Assembly: GCA_977017575.1 (NCBI GenBank)
Contig: CDRNVI010000081.1
Location: forward strand, 1 to 56,056
DNA: 56,056 nucleotides
Source: Paramoeba atlantica
Lineage: Eukaryota > Protista > Discosea
Reading direction: 5' to 3'
A model generated the notes under the pieces. The model saw nothing but the letters and a program-made list of their open reading frames with translations. It was not told the DNA's origin and searched no databases. The position numbers were made by a program, and so were the translations under genes. Each line of letters starts with the position of its first letter. The first letter of the stretch is position 1. Shown in pieces: positions 33,661 to 45,270 of the stretch.

Positions 33661-34324
33661 CAGTTCTTTTGTCTGGAGATTCTTATTCTCCTCGCGCACG
33701 CGGATCTACACCGATGGGGCCAGGCACAACAACGCGCTTGAAGGACGTTATCCGTGGGATTCGGTGATACATCGCAATGAGTGGGTAAGTGCGTCCGGTG
33801 TGCACATGAACACCGTAGAAAGTGCCGGTGGCATGCTAAAGAAAACTTTGACCCGATGTGGTGGTTAACTTGGTAGAAACAGCGAAAGCCAGGAAGAGCG
33901 CTTATGCTTCCCTCTCGGAGTTACGATGCTCTAACCCTGCTAAACCGGTCCAAAGCCCGGGGCCACATTTCATTAGTGATTGTGGAAATGGTGATGGAAG
34001 CAGCGACTGCTTTCCGAAGCTGTAGATCGGTATAACGAAATGGGAGGAGGGGTGTTTCGGAATGAAATGTGGTCCTGGGCAGTCCGGATAACAGGGTTAG
34101 AGCATCGTAACTACGAGAGGGAAGTTTTGCTTCCCGACCACTATCAAGGAGGAGGGTGGGTATGGGTATGGTTCCCGGAAGTGGGTGAAGTATGCTCCAT
34201 GGCAGTGAGTCTCAGTGGGGAGATAACTTTTTGAATTAGTGAAATGGTCTACACCTGGATTATATCAACAGTAGTTCGCGTTCAAGAAAATAGATTGAAC
34301 TGCACGTTGGGGAGTACACTACCG

Positions 34325-34637
34325 TATACCACCCAGTAATAGACCCCCCCCCAGTAACAGAGATTTGACCATTTTTAGACTGACTCCCAGTAACAGAGAT
34401 TTGGTTCGGGAGGGTGGGTGGAGGGGGGAGGGGGTGTTTGAGCGGGTGGGGGTCGCTGGGCTGGGTGAAGGTGGCTGCATGGAAGCGAATGGCGTAGTTG
34501 CGGGGTTGTCTGGACAGAAAATCAATGCACCCATGAACAAAAAAGGTCTTTTCCCACCAAAAAAGCATACCCCCCAAGTAACAGAGATTTGGCCATTTGG
34601 GTCCAAAATCGATTCTATTACTGGGGGGGGGGGTATA
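34325..34637. mobile_element. Small MITE-like element with internal direct repeats
   Basis: TATACCACCCAGTAATAG / CTATTACTGGGGGGGGGGGTATA ends, with three copies of AGTAACAGAGATTTG. Confidence 0.65.
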
Positions 34638-34640
34638 CGG

Positions 34641-34890
34641 TAGTATGGTTTGGTATGGCCACTGAGTAAGATTGGGTGAACTCCAGAGTAGTGAGTACAC
34701 TAGCATGGTTTGGTATGGCCACTGAGTGAGGTTGAGTGAACGCCACAGTTGCGAGTATACTAGTTTGGTTTGGCATGGTCACTGAGTATGGTTTGGTGAA
34801 CTCCACAGTAGGGGACACACTAGTATGGTTTGGTATGGCCACTAAGGTTGGGTGAACTCCACAGCAGCGAGTACACTGTAGTATGGTTGC
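34641..34890. repeat. 60-bp minisatellite (~4 copies)
   Basis: TAG(T/C)ATGGTTTGGTATGGCCACTGAGT-like blocks at 34641, 34701, 34761 and 34821. Confidence 0.9.
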
Positions 34891-35148
34891 TGACTATGGT
34901 TACAATAGTCCAGTATTATTACTGTGGTATGGCTGCGGAAGGTTGAGTTAATTATAGTATGGTTTGTGTGGTCAGTCAGTAGGTGCCCATCCATTCAATT
35001 TTGTTTAACTTCAAGTTAGATTCGTGTGACTCTCACGTTTAGATACGGATCCTTAGATCCCCCAAAATACGATGTATGAGAGCTGGCGAACTATCCTTTG
35101 TCTCATTTGTAACATTTTAATGAAGTAAAAGATGGTAATCGCAATTTT

Positions 35149-36294
35149 GTGGTGCCTTTCTATTCTCGTTCTACTGTTTTAACGCACACGTCAACCACGT
35201 GTTTTGATTCTTTAAGTGAAACTTCTTCAACTAACGAACGTTACTCTCCCGAGGACGCGTACATGCAGCTTTGCTCTATGAAACGCGTGGGTGTAGAAGT
35301 GAGGAATAGGATTATCAGTGTTTTTCCTGCGGCCGTCTTTTTTGTGAAAGGAAAAATGATGCTCGAGCCTATACTGGCTGGAAATGGTAAAACTGCAACC
35401 GGTGCACAAAAAATTGAAAACGCTTTTCAGGCTCTTCGATGCGGTAATTTTGATGCGGGTGAAGTCCCCGACACGGTGCTTGTTGCACTCAGAACGCATT
35501 ATGTGATCATGAGTAGACTATCATCAAAAGACGAAAATGTTACCAAAAGAGGGGCTGAAGGACAAGCTGTCTCGAACGAGCGTGGGGGGAAAGGTATCAA
35601 GGGATCCATGAATCCTCTAATTTGTAAGGCTGCAAAGCCAATTTGCGGGCCATTGATACATCAATGCCTGACAAATCAAGGATTTCAAACGGAGGGCTGG
35701 ATGACTCCAGAACTAATAGCTGAAGTTCGGGCTGCAATAGGAAAAACCCCATACATGCGTTACTACGCGAATTTGATTGCTCAACTGCCTGCTGGGACAA
35801 CGATTACGGGTACCGAAGACGAAGGTATTCGTCTTGTGGTATGGAACTTACTCTGTAAGCCCGCCTCGGTAATGGTCTCGTGCAGGTTGGCAGCGCAAGG
35901 TACGCGCATTACCCCTGCCACATTCGAAGAAATTCTTTTGGATAGCGAGGCGACGAGCATTGACAAAAGTATCGTCAATGCTCTTGCCAGTAATGTTCGC
36001 GCCGTTACTCGAGTCAATTCGGCCGATCGCGGGTATACCGGTAAATGTTTTCGGACGGAGCATATGGGATCATTCGACAAACTAAAAATGGAAAAATCAG
36101 GAGGGATCACGCAACGCACGTGGTACTTCCCGAACGCAGGCTATAGTCATTGGACACTATGCAGTTGTCCACTGCCATCCAGTGCCATGCGCTGCCATCC
36201 AGTGCCATCCAAAACAGAGATATTAGTGAGGACCGAAGACCTTTTTTTAGATTTGGAGGACCCAAGAACTTCCCATTTCCGCCGGATGTTGTAG
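35149..36294 (+). CDS. Hypothetical protein (381-codon ORF; first ATG at 35263)
   Basis: Long uninterrupted ORF with protein-like composition. No motif recognised. Confidence 0.5.
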   Translation: MVPFYSRSTVLTHTSTTCFDSLSETSSTNERYSPEDAYMQLCSMKRVGVEVRNRIISVFPAAVFFVKGKMMLEPILAGNGKTATGAQKIENAFQALRCGNFDAGEVPDTVLVALRTHYVIMSRLSSKDENVTKRGAEGQAVSNERGGKGIKGSMNPLICKAAKPICGPLIHQCLTNQGFQTEGWMTPELIAEVRAAIGKTPYMRYYANLIAQLPAGTTITGTEDEGIRLVVWNLLCKPASVMVSCRLAAQGTRITPATFEEILLDSEATSIDKSIVNALASNVRAVTRVNSADRGYTGKCFRTEHMGSFDKLKMEKSGGITQRTWYFPNAGYSHWTLCSCPLPSSAMRCHPVPSKTEILVRTEDLFLDLEDPRTSHFRRML

Positions 36295-36904
36295 GACAAG
36301 TGATGACCATGATATGAAAAAGCGGCTAATGTCGGATTCAATTGTACTCATTTTTCAAAAACACGTCTTTTCCTTGCCTTTTGCAAAATAAGATATTTTC
36401 TCGGTCTCTTCTTGTGCGTGCTTTGTCATGTACATGTGCGGACCTGAGTTGAATTTTAAAGTGAAAGCATGATGGGGACACATCAAAAACTTTTGAAGAT
36501 TTTTTGCTTTGTGACCGAAGAGAAATGTCCTCACGATCACGAGGGTGGGAAAATTCGTGACTCTGTTTCTAGTATTTGTTGGAGGTGATGTAAGCACGTA
36601 AATTTTAGAACAAGATTGTCTCGATTACTTCCTTACTCAAGTCATTGCAGCAAAGATCATGGATCCATATCCTGCAAGAAAACGGATAGCGAAGTGTGGC
36701 GTTCCATGAATGAGGATCAACAAAGCAAGTTTACGGTTCAAAAATCGAGCCGGCGTCAGTCAATTTAACTATTAAACGAAGGAAGAATCTACAAAGACAA
36801 TCAAAGAACAAAAACAAGCTACGTTGTATTTAATACAGTGTAAACGTTGTTACTAGAACAAAAAAAAAGAGGGGGGTAAAAAACCTTTAAAAAAAATGCT
36901 TCAA

Positions 36905-39144
36905 TTAGCGGACACCCGCCTTCCTCCACTCTTTTACCGCGGAGGATAGTATCGCGGCGTTGCCTTTTTGAACAGCCACATTAATGGCTTGTAGTGCATG
37001 ACGCAGGAAACCTTTCCTGTCATACGTATACCTTGCGATCTCCTTTAGGAGGAGTACAGTGCGCTTCCCTGCCACACCAAAAACGGTAAATGCAAGGGGG
37101 TAGAAATGCATACCCCTTTTCGTGGCCATGTCACTGTGCGCTTTTACTTTCAAGCTTTCCACCCTTTCTAGAGTGTTGCCAGGCGCTACCCATTCGGCCT
37201 TAACATAAGAAGGGGCGAGGGGGTTAACAACGGTCACGTCCACCAGACATATCTTCCCTCCCAGCATAAAGCAGACGTCGGGGCCCTGACCAGCAGAGAA
37301 TCGGGGTTCATGATTGTCAGGAGTGAATCCGTACTGTCGTAGCAAGTGCACGAAGGCATTCTTAACAAGTTTGTGGCGAGTGGCCGCAGTGTCGCCTTTG
37401 ACTTTATTGCAGTCAAGGGCGTGCACAACAAAATCTTTGTTTGAGAGGATGTCTCCGCACTCACATTGTGCGAAAGGGTCCGAAGTAGGTGCTATCAAGT
37501 ATCGCATGCGCATGGCTGTTTGCCATTCTGCGTCGCGCATGAAGTACTCACCCCGATTCCTACGCGCCTCTGTCCAATTGCGCGTTCTCTTGTCTATCAA
37601 CTGAAGTGAATGGACGTCATGTAGTTCGCTGGTTTCTTTACGCACTGCTGACTTCGACTCTTCATATCTTGTCAAGGCAGAACGTCGTCTTTCCATACAC
37701 CCTAATACCTCAGCTTTTGTGCGAGAATACAGAGTTGCCGCTTGCTGCGCAAAAGGTTTCGCCCCCAAAAGGTCGCCCGTCATGAGAGTACTGTGAAACG
37801 GGTTCTTTTCCAGGTCTTCGAAGCCTCCTAGCAGCTCTGAGGCACACTCCTGTATGGCCTTGTCCGCTAACACGTTGGCTTTTGCCGTTACCTCCGGCTG
37901 ATGACACCGCATTAGGTAGTCCCACCGGGGGACTCCACATCTCTTCAGCAAAATGTAAGCACTTTGTAACGAGAGATGTTGCAGCCGATCCAGGAATGTC
38001 TGCAATTTAGGCATTTGGTTGACTACCCATCTGGTTTCATCCGCGCCTTCCTTGGAGACGAATGCACCTAGGAGCTTTTGTCCTTGCTCCGCATGCTCTA
38101 TGTTCATAGAGCTCTGAAAGGAGCGTACTGGTCATTGAAATGCGTCGAAAGCTTACATTTGGCCGGATGTACCTCCAGTCCTATTCCCGAAGCGTGATCA
38201 CAGAGAGCGCCAAACGCCTGTGCGACACGTTCTGCCGGGCCGATGATTGAAAGGTCGTCTAGGTAACCCCAAAGCGTCAGATCACTGAACTCATCCTTCA
38301 ATTTTCCAAGAATTTGGTGCAAGCCGAGAGAAAACAGTAACGGTCCTAATGGGTCGCCTTGTCGGACTCCCCTCAGAACCTTAGTCGGCGAACACGAGGA
38401 GTTAAATATCGTAGTTGGAGCCCCATATACATACATGTATGAGGTCACCCCGTATAGCTCGTGAAATTCATCATTTCCCCTTAGATACTGAAACACCGCG
38501 CTTCTTTCAATTGAATTGAAGGCGTTACGGATGTCTACTGTCAAGAGCACAAAGTCCGCTTTTTGACGAAACGCGTTTCTTGCCCTTAATATTATTTTAG
38601 GTCCTCCGTTTCTTGTTCCAACACCAAATTGTGTATCTTGGAAAAGTCTGCCCGTTGCTTCTGCTACCCTGTCCATGGCGATTTGGCTAGCCAATTTAAG
38701 AAAGATTTCCCCCATTGCTATAGGTCGGCAGGCTGGGGATCCTTCTACGGAAGGGCCCTCCTTGCGCAGCAAGATCAGAGTGGAGCTGGTTAAGACGTCC
38801 CTTAGCTGAGCGTCTCGGGAGTTTCGCAGCACTGCTGTAGCTATCCAAGTAACGCAGGCCACGATATCCTGGTCCTCTAGGAGCGGTATAAGAAGTTCGC
38901 GTGTCCAGCCTGATGGGCCCGGCGCGGATCCTTTGGCGAGCTTTCTAGCCCTGTCAGTTAAGGTTTGCTTTTCGATGTCCATAGATTTTGCCGGCAAATG
39001 TTTATAACCCCGAAAGGCCTTTGGGTGAAGTCGATCTATGGCCTTAGCGATCTCTTCAGTAGATAGTGGTTGTCGTTCCTTCGCCTCTAGCGCTTTTGCC
39101 GCTTTCCCGATCGAAACGTTGTATTTATACAATACAAAAAACAC
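36905..39144 (-). mobile_element. 5'-truncated CRE/SLACS-like non-LTR retrotransposon (RT + CCHC + restriction-like endonuclease), one frameshift at ~38105
   Basis: RT motifs GSAPGPSG, RPIAMGE, VDIRNAFNSI, GVRQGDPLGPLLF, YLDD, GLEVHPAKC and KLLGAF, followed by CECG...HALDC, RHKLV, PD...DVTV and ESLK (REL nuclease). Confidence 0.92.
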
Positions 39145-39448
39145 ATCTATATTTCATTAATATCAAAGAGTTTTATAGTTTTACACTATCTCGTTTTTAC
39201 TTCCCTTGAGCTTAGTTTTTGCCTTGAAGCACATCACTTAGTCATGTTTTTCGGGTACAACGTTACTCTTACATTGTAATTGATAGAGTAATGAGTGAGT
39301 ATTGATTATAGTGCATGTTTAGTTTGGGCATTAATTCATCTCAGTTGTGCAAGTGGAGGCAGGTCATACTGCTGCATATTGTATTACAAGGCTAGGTTGT
39401 TTGCCTTAAGCACAAATGCATCGTATATGATGTTCTGGTGCAAGTTAA

Positions 39449-39796
39449 ACGGGGGTACGACTTAATGTACAGGGGGGGTATAATAAAGTGTACCCTGTAT
39501 ATTAAGGGGGGGTATATTCGCTCACCGTTTATACCGGGTGGGGGGTATAATGTGTGGGGGTGGGGGATATATTAGCTCCAATGTTTTTTTGCGGTAACCA
39601 AAGAGGTTAAAAGGGGTAATACATGATGGCACCGTGGAAAACAAGGGGGTGGGGGGTATAAACGCTCTATTGTTTCTGAGCGTTTATACCCCCCATCCCC
39701 TTGTTTTCCACGGTGCCGAGGGGGGGTATATTGGGTAGCGAATATACCCCCCCCGGCATATAAAAGGGTACCCGGTACATTAAGTCGTACCCCCGT
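39449..39796. mobile_element. TTAA-flanked foldback element with a nested second inverted repeat
   Basis: TTAA|ACGGGGGTACGACTTAATGTAC ... GTACATTAAGTCGTACCCCCGT|TTAA. Internal ~40-bp IR at 39628-39717. Confidence 0.82.
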
Positions 39797-40038
39797 TTAA
39801 AACACATGATACAAGTTAAAAATAAGGTAGTAATCTAGCATTCAACATAGGGACTAGGACTTTTGGTTTACTGCTCTTTTGTTTGATTTTCCGAAATTGA
39901 CATTCGCAAAGCGTGATTCAGGCACATTCTGGTATGCTAAGTGAATGGGATTGGTACAGCGGTAGGCATGCACCTACTGCATGCTGGGATGCAAACAATA
40001 CATTTATGAAAAAAGGTAGGGTTATATCAGTTTAATAT

Positions 40039-41677
40039 ATTGCGGTGGTTGTAAACCCCTCCGCACCAATAAGGCACCCACCCTTAACTTTTCAGCCAAA
40101 TGTCCGTTTGGGCTGATTTTTGTTGTATTTTGCAGATCTCAACATAAAGACTTTGCGCGTGAAGAAATGAAACAAAAAGAAACGAATACGTATATTTTAG
40201 AGAAAGATTACCATTTTGTCACCTTTTCTCCGTTACTCGCCACACAAGCTTTGAGGCGAGCATCTAAGCTCAAAACCCAATCATAAATATAATATTGAGA
40301 CAATTTACGCCAAGCTTTACGTACGATTTTTATGAGATCTTCTTTATTTGCCGGATTGTATTCATCTACAAGACTTTGTACCATGCTCCACACGCTTTCT
40401 ATTGGTGAGAGATCGGGGGAGTTGGGCGGCTAATTTTTCAAAAATTTCATTTTGTTGTCATCAAGGTACGCTTTTGTTTCCTTCGCAGTGTGAGGTGCTG
40501 CCCCATCTTGCTGAAAAATACAGTTTGGGGTGAATGGTACTTTTTTTAATGTTTTAATGTACGAAACACATGTAATTGAGTTGGATGGAAGAATAACAAA
40601 GTGTCTTTGGATTCTGTTTTTTACTTCAGGGCTCAGAGTGTAAAGAATTTCAGGCGAATTGTTTTTCAAATATTTTCCAATATGTTTCACATTGACATTA
40701 AACCCGCGGGCTAGTTACCTTATCGCAACCCCGTGGCCAAGCCTCATGCGCCATAACACTTTTCCACTTTCTGTAAGACCACCCCTGGGGAGTCGATACG
40801 TATTTTTTGGCATGAAAAGTGAATTTTTTTTAAAAAATACATTCAACCTTTTAATATTTTTCGAAATGACCTAAAGACAACGGGAACGTACAGATCTCAA
40901 AATTTTGCACGATAAAGTGGTGCGATAACCCCCCTAGCCCCCCTCGTGCGAAAAATAAGGGTGGGTGCCTTTTTGATGCGGAGGAGTTTATAACTACCGC
41001 TCTACCCTCGATTATTGAAAAAACAGTGAACAAAAACAGTGAAAATATAATGAGGAACACAGTAATATAATAGAAGAAAAAAATATTAAAGGGGGCCCCG
41101 GTGGTCCAAAACTGAAAAAAACAATTCAAAAAAATGGGGCGTCCATGGGGGGGTCGAGGGGGGGGGCATACGTCGCGAATTTTTTTTCGAATTTTTTGCT
41201 TTTCAAAATCGAGCGCAGGGAAATGATAGAGTAGGCCGCGGCGATAATTTTCCACCCCCACCCCTGGGGGTACCCCCCCGGTACGCGGAGGAGGGGTCCG
41301 ACAAGGCTAAAAATTACAAAATTTTTGGGGGGACCCAAAAAAAAGAAAAAATATTATTTTTCCAAAATCGACTTCTAAACCGTATTTAGAGAGTTTTGGA
41401 CCTCAGCTAACATTCTGCGACGTTTGGTTCGACAGATTCACCTCCTGCCCCTACTGGTAAGGCATCCAAAACGACCCAAATTCGGGTTACAAATTCGCAA
41501 TTTTCGCCGGAAAATCGAGCTTTTTTACCCGATAAAATAGATTATTCATCATCTTTTACAGATTGTTCTTTTTTAGGCTCTTCGTTAAACGCGGTGGTAG
41601 TTTTCAACGTGAAGCGCGCAGCATGAGTGACTTCTAAGTTGAAAACAACCACCGCGTTCAACGAAGAGCCTAAAAAT
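40039..41677 (-). repeat. Diverged copy of the 0.9-kb element, split by the Tc1 insertion
   Basis: Palindrome at ~41570-41677, body at 40989-41400, terminal ATTGCGGTGGTTG at 40039-40051. Confidence 0.82.
40054..40988 (-). mobile_element. Defective Tc1/IS630-like element (DD35E remnant), same family as 8316-9109
   Basis: TA-flanked ~35-bp TIRs AACCCCTCCGCACCAATAAGGCACCCACCCTTA. Motif FQQDGAAPH...N*PPNSPDLSPIESVW (35 residues D to E, W mutated to stop). Confidence 0.88.
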
Positions 41678-42134
41678 TGTATTAACAATAATAATAATTA
41701 ACGGAATATTTTTTTGGGCAGAAATTATTCCGTTAATTATTATTCCAATGATTTTTACTAAATTCCTAACAAACTTTAAGCGCCAAGATACAACTTGTAT
41801 ATTCTCAAAAACTCTTCAGAACGTTGCGGGTTCGGTGAGGGTATTACAACAATCTTCTCAAAGCAAGCGAACTCTTCAGGCATTCCAGGAACTGAAGTAG
41901 AAAATTAGAGAGAGGACACGACTCCAACCACACCATTCTTTCGACACAAAAAGGCCCCTTGGGGTCCGAAAAATAATTTTTCACCTTTTTTTGGTCAAAA
42001 ATGGGTCATTTTCGCGGGTTCTACCGCTTCTGAAGTTTATTTTCGAAAAATGATTTTTACAAAAAAAATTTCGTGCGGTATGCTCCCCCTAGACCCCTCA
42101 TTTTTTTCATTTTTTCATTTTTCACAAATTATTC

Positions 42135-43354
42135 GGTGAAAGTCAAGCATTATTTCACAAAAAAAAACTTTTTTGTTGATGTTCTCATTTGATCATATTT
42201 TACTTACAAAGTGTTTTTTAGGATATTTTTCGCATATTTCTGCACTATTCTCAATGGATTGCTCGTTTTGCCCCAATTTCCAATGTACAGACAGTATTAG
42301 ATATAGTGTGCTCGCCCGCGCCCCCGAAAATGATTTTGTCGAGTGGTTGAAAGGCCACAAACTTGTTTTCCAGAGCGTCAGCTGTAGCAAGCGGCATGAA
42401 ACTCGCATTTGCTTGCGGAAAGGCGATCATTGGGTCTGCCCCGATCGTTTGTGTCGGAGTCGTACATACCACATGGAGCCACTCTTAAGTTCCTTCGGTC
42501 GCCGAACACCAAGCCAAATTCTTCAAGTTCTATATGGTATGGCGAACGGCAATGATCGTGATCAATTGACTCTGGAAACACTTTTAAGTAGTCAAACTGT
42601 CACAGAATTGACAAAAAAGTTGGAACGTATTGTTGCTTCCGTTCATGAAATGCGAACTGCGGCTGCACGAGGAACTGTTACTATCATGCAGAAGGACGAA
42701 ACTTGCTTTTCTAAGCCAAAAAGGGGGGGTAATAACCGACCAGCCCGCATTCGCCAGGGGGGATCAACCTGGGCAAACGTCCTGACACAGACCTCTCGTT
42801 CTCGGAAAGCTGAGCAGATATTTTTAAGCACGCTGGAAGACCGCCGTAGTTCCTCGACTAATGACCCTGTGTTTGAACTGGCCGCAAGCGAACGTACCAT
42901 TGTTCACACGGATGGATGGAGAGGCAGCAATGCCTTGGGCAACAGACTCAACCATGGAACAGTAAACCATCGCCGTCACTGGGTTGATCCTGTCACCGGG
43001 GTGCACACTCAGACTGCTGAGCGCATGAACGGGATGTTGAAAAAAGAAGTCCGCATGCGGGGCAACGGCACACTTGGTAGTGGAGTAGAAGCGCGAGACA
43101 ACCGGCTGAAATTCGCCGGAGAAGTTGTAAACGGTAAGCTGAAAAGAGGAGAACAAGACGGTCATGCCCTCCGTCGCCTGTTTCAAGACGTGAAGTGGTA
43201 TTGCGAGAACGTGGAAATCGTTCTAGAATAAGTTTAAGCTAGCGTTTAAGATAACTCGAAGAGAGATTTAAGGTGCAATAAATTTTATAAAAGTCAATAT
43301 GACCAGTCAATATGAGATTTTTCTGAAAGTGTGAAATAATGCTTGACTTTGACC
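42135..43354 (+). mobile_element. Structurally complete Merlin (IS1595/IS1016-related) transposon, 1220 bp
   Basis: 25-bp TIRs GGT(G/C)AAAGTCAAGCATTATTTCACA, 8-bp TSD AATTATTC (42127-42134, 43355-43362) and an intact transposase. Confidence 0.93.
42254..43231 (+). CDS. Merlin/ISXO2-like DDE transposase, 325 aa
   Basis: Motifs KDETCFSKPK, HTDGWRG and HGTVNHRRHWVDPVTGVHTQTAE, plus N-terminal Cys clusters. Confidence 0.92.
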   Translation: MDCSFCPNFQCTDSIRYSVLARAPENDFVEWLKGHKLVFQSVSCSKRHETRICLRKGDHWVCPDRLCRSRTYHMEPLLSSFGRRTPSQILQVLYGMANGNDRDQLTLETLLSSQTVTELTKKLERIVASVHEMRTAAARGTVTIMQKDETCFSKPKRGGNNRPARIRQGGSTWANVLTQTSRSRKAEQIFLSTLEDRRSSSTNDPVFELAASERTIVHTDGWRGSNALGNRLNHGTVNHRRHWVDPVTGVHTQTAERMNGMLKKEVRMRGNGTLGSGVEARDNRLKFAGEVVNGKLKRGEQDGHALRRLFQDVKWYCENVEIVLE

Positions 43355-43490
43355 AATTATTCTATTGGCTTTTATACTTACCGAATATTTTATATGGCTT
43401 TTACATCTATTTATACTAACTATTCCGAAATTGTTTGTTTATAAAAAAAAATTGTTTATTATACATGCACCTATGGATGAACTGATATCA

Positions 43491-43994
43491 TTACTTTCGT
43501 TGTTCCACCAGTGTTTCAATGAATGCGTTGCCCTTCTTGCGAAGTTGTGCTGCCTCATCTGAAAGAGCTTTGCGTTCAGCGGGTGGTAGATTCCTGTATT
43601 TGGCAGATACTTTCTTTACCGCCGCGCGGAAACAATCCTTAGGATTCTTGTGATTTCCCCTCTCCGCTTTGTATGTCGCTGACATGGTACGCTTTAAGAA
43701 CAAGTTATAAGGTCCGTAGTGTGCGCTTTTCATTTGTGCTTTCAGCGCTTTCTTCCGTTTCATATTCTCAGCAGCAATATTACTCAAGGACTGGACTTGA
43801 GCTGGAGTTAATTTTTTAAAAGCGGCATGAAGTCCGGCGAGATCTGGGTATCCCTTTGTACCTTTGCAAGATTTTGACATAAATACACGCAGCGCACTTG
43901 TCGGAGCTGATTTTCCAGCCCACGGATTATTGATAACTTTACGACGAAGCTTTGCGATGTTCTTGGTGAGGTTTGGAAGCACACGAGTAAACAT
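43491..43994 (-). CDS. Twin-HMG-box KAP/TFAM-like protein, copy 4, 167 aa
   Basis: Starts MFTRVLP at 43994; intact paralogue. Confidence 0.72.
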   Translation of the reverse strand: MFTRVLPNLTKNIAKLRRKVINNPWAGKSAPTSALRVFMSKSCKGTKGYPDLAGLHAAFKKLTPAQVQSLSNIAAENMKRKKALKAQMKSAHYGPYNLFLKRTMSATYKAERGNHKNPKDCFRAAVKKVSAKYRNLPPAERKALSDEAAQLRKKGNAFIETLVEQRK

Positions 43995-45270
43995 TGGAGG
44001 TATAAAGGTAAACGCTGTATTCAACAAATAGGATTCTTTTGCCGTTAAACATAACGTTTCCTTTAGCGCTATTCCATTTGCTTATTCTTTTTATTGTCTC
44101 AAAATTGTTTTTATTTCTTCGATTAAAGGGGCATAGTTTTGTACCAAATAATAGTTTTTCAATGAAATTTCTCCCCTACAAGTAGAAAAAAGTTCTCAAA
44201 CTTACAAAAACATTTTGGCTAGGACCTTCGATGAATCTTCATCAAAAGTTGTACACTTTCGTTGAAGCACATTGAAAGTTGTACACTTTCGATGAATCTT
44301 CATCGAAGGTGTTTTTGATTTTTTTTTGACATTTTAAAATTTTTGATTTCGACCGAATTCTTCAATTAGCTGTTGAAAACGCGTTACGTGAAACATGTAA
44401 TTCTAATAGTCTACGTTTTGAAATTTAGCCGAGGGGCTGTTATGATTTGTGTTCTAAACCCTGTTCCGGGTTATTGTGCCCCCCCTGCACAATAACTGGC
44501 TCTAGGCACAATAACTAAATATATGAAAAAGCCAAAAAAGGGTAACATAACAAACCAAATCTGCTTTTGGGCTTAATTGGGTTTGGGCGTAATTAAGTTT
44601 AGACCGGTAATTAAAATGTACGTTTTTTAATTAACGTAGCAATAATTAACGTAATAATTGATTTTTGTCAAAAAAAGGTGAAAAATAATTATTTTTTTTA
44701 CACTATATTACAATTTTAAAACAAGCAATCAAGTTAGCAATTTCACTTTTTGTATCCCAAAACTAGCAATTCAACCTCCCTTGAGTTATTTGTGATTCTA
44801 ATAATAATAACAATAATGATAAAAAGGAAGCAATCCAGGTCCAATCCATTCACGCGTTCCGGACCGTGTCTTTCGACCTCTCCACGGCCTGACTTGGGAA
44901 CCCTTCCCTTGTTATATGGGAAAGTTTATGTGGGAGGTTTTTTTTCCCTAAACCCCATCGCCCAGCTAGCCTCGTACAACCCCGTTCCAGTGGTTTTGGG
45001 ACTATCCCCACATTCATGTACATGAGAGAAATGGGTAAAGAATGACGCATTCGTGCAGATCTAGTTGAGGGCAACACGGGAAAAATACTTGTAAACAAAA
45101 CGAATATAGAATAGAACACTGAAAAATACTTTGAAAAGTCAAATTTCCCATTAAAAAGTGAAATTTTCGGAGGAAAATTTTAACAGTTGTCTGAAATATT
45201 CTTACCCGATGACCATTATTTAGATACCCCCATTATTTTTGGCGCTAGAGGGCATAAATAGTAAATCATA

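Noticed and set aside
34641-34890. CRISPR-like repeat/spacer pattern
   Set aside because: The putative spacers are homologous to each other (shared GTGAAC(T/G)CC), the period is fixed at 60 bp, there are no cas genes and the context is eukaryotic. It is a minisatellite.
35229-35236. AACTAACG matches the 5' end of the trypanosome SL
   Set aside because: Only 8 nt, not followed by the ACAGTTTCTGTAC core, and expected by chance.
42135-43994. KAP-like gene as cargo of the Merlin transposon
   Set aside because: The TIRs and 8-bp TSD end at 43362, and the gene lies outside the element.
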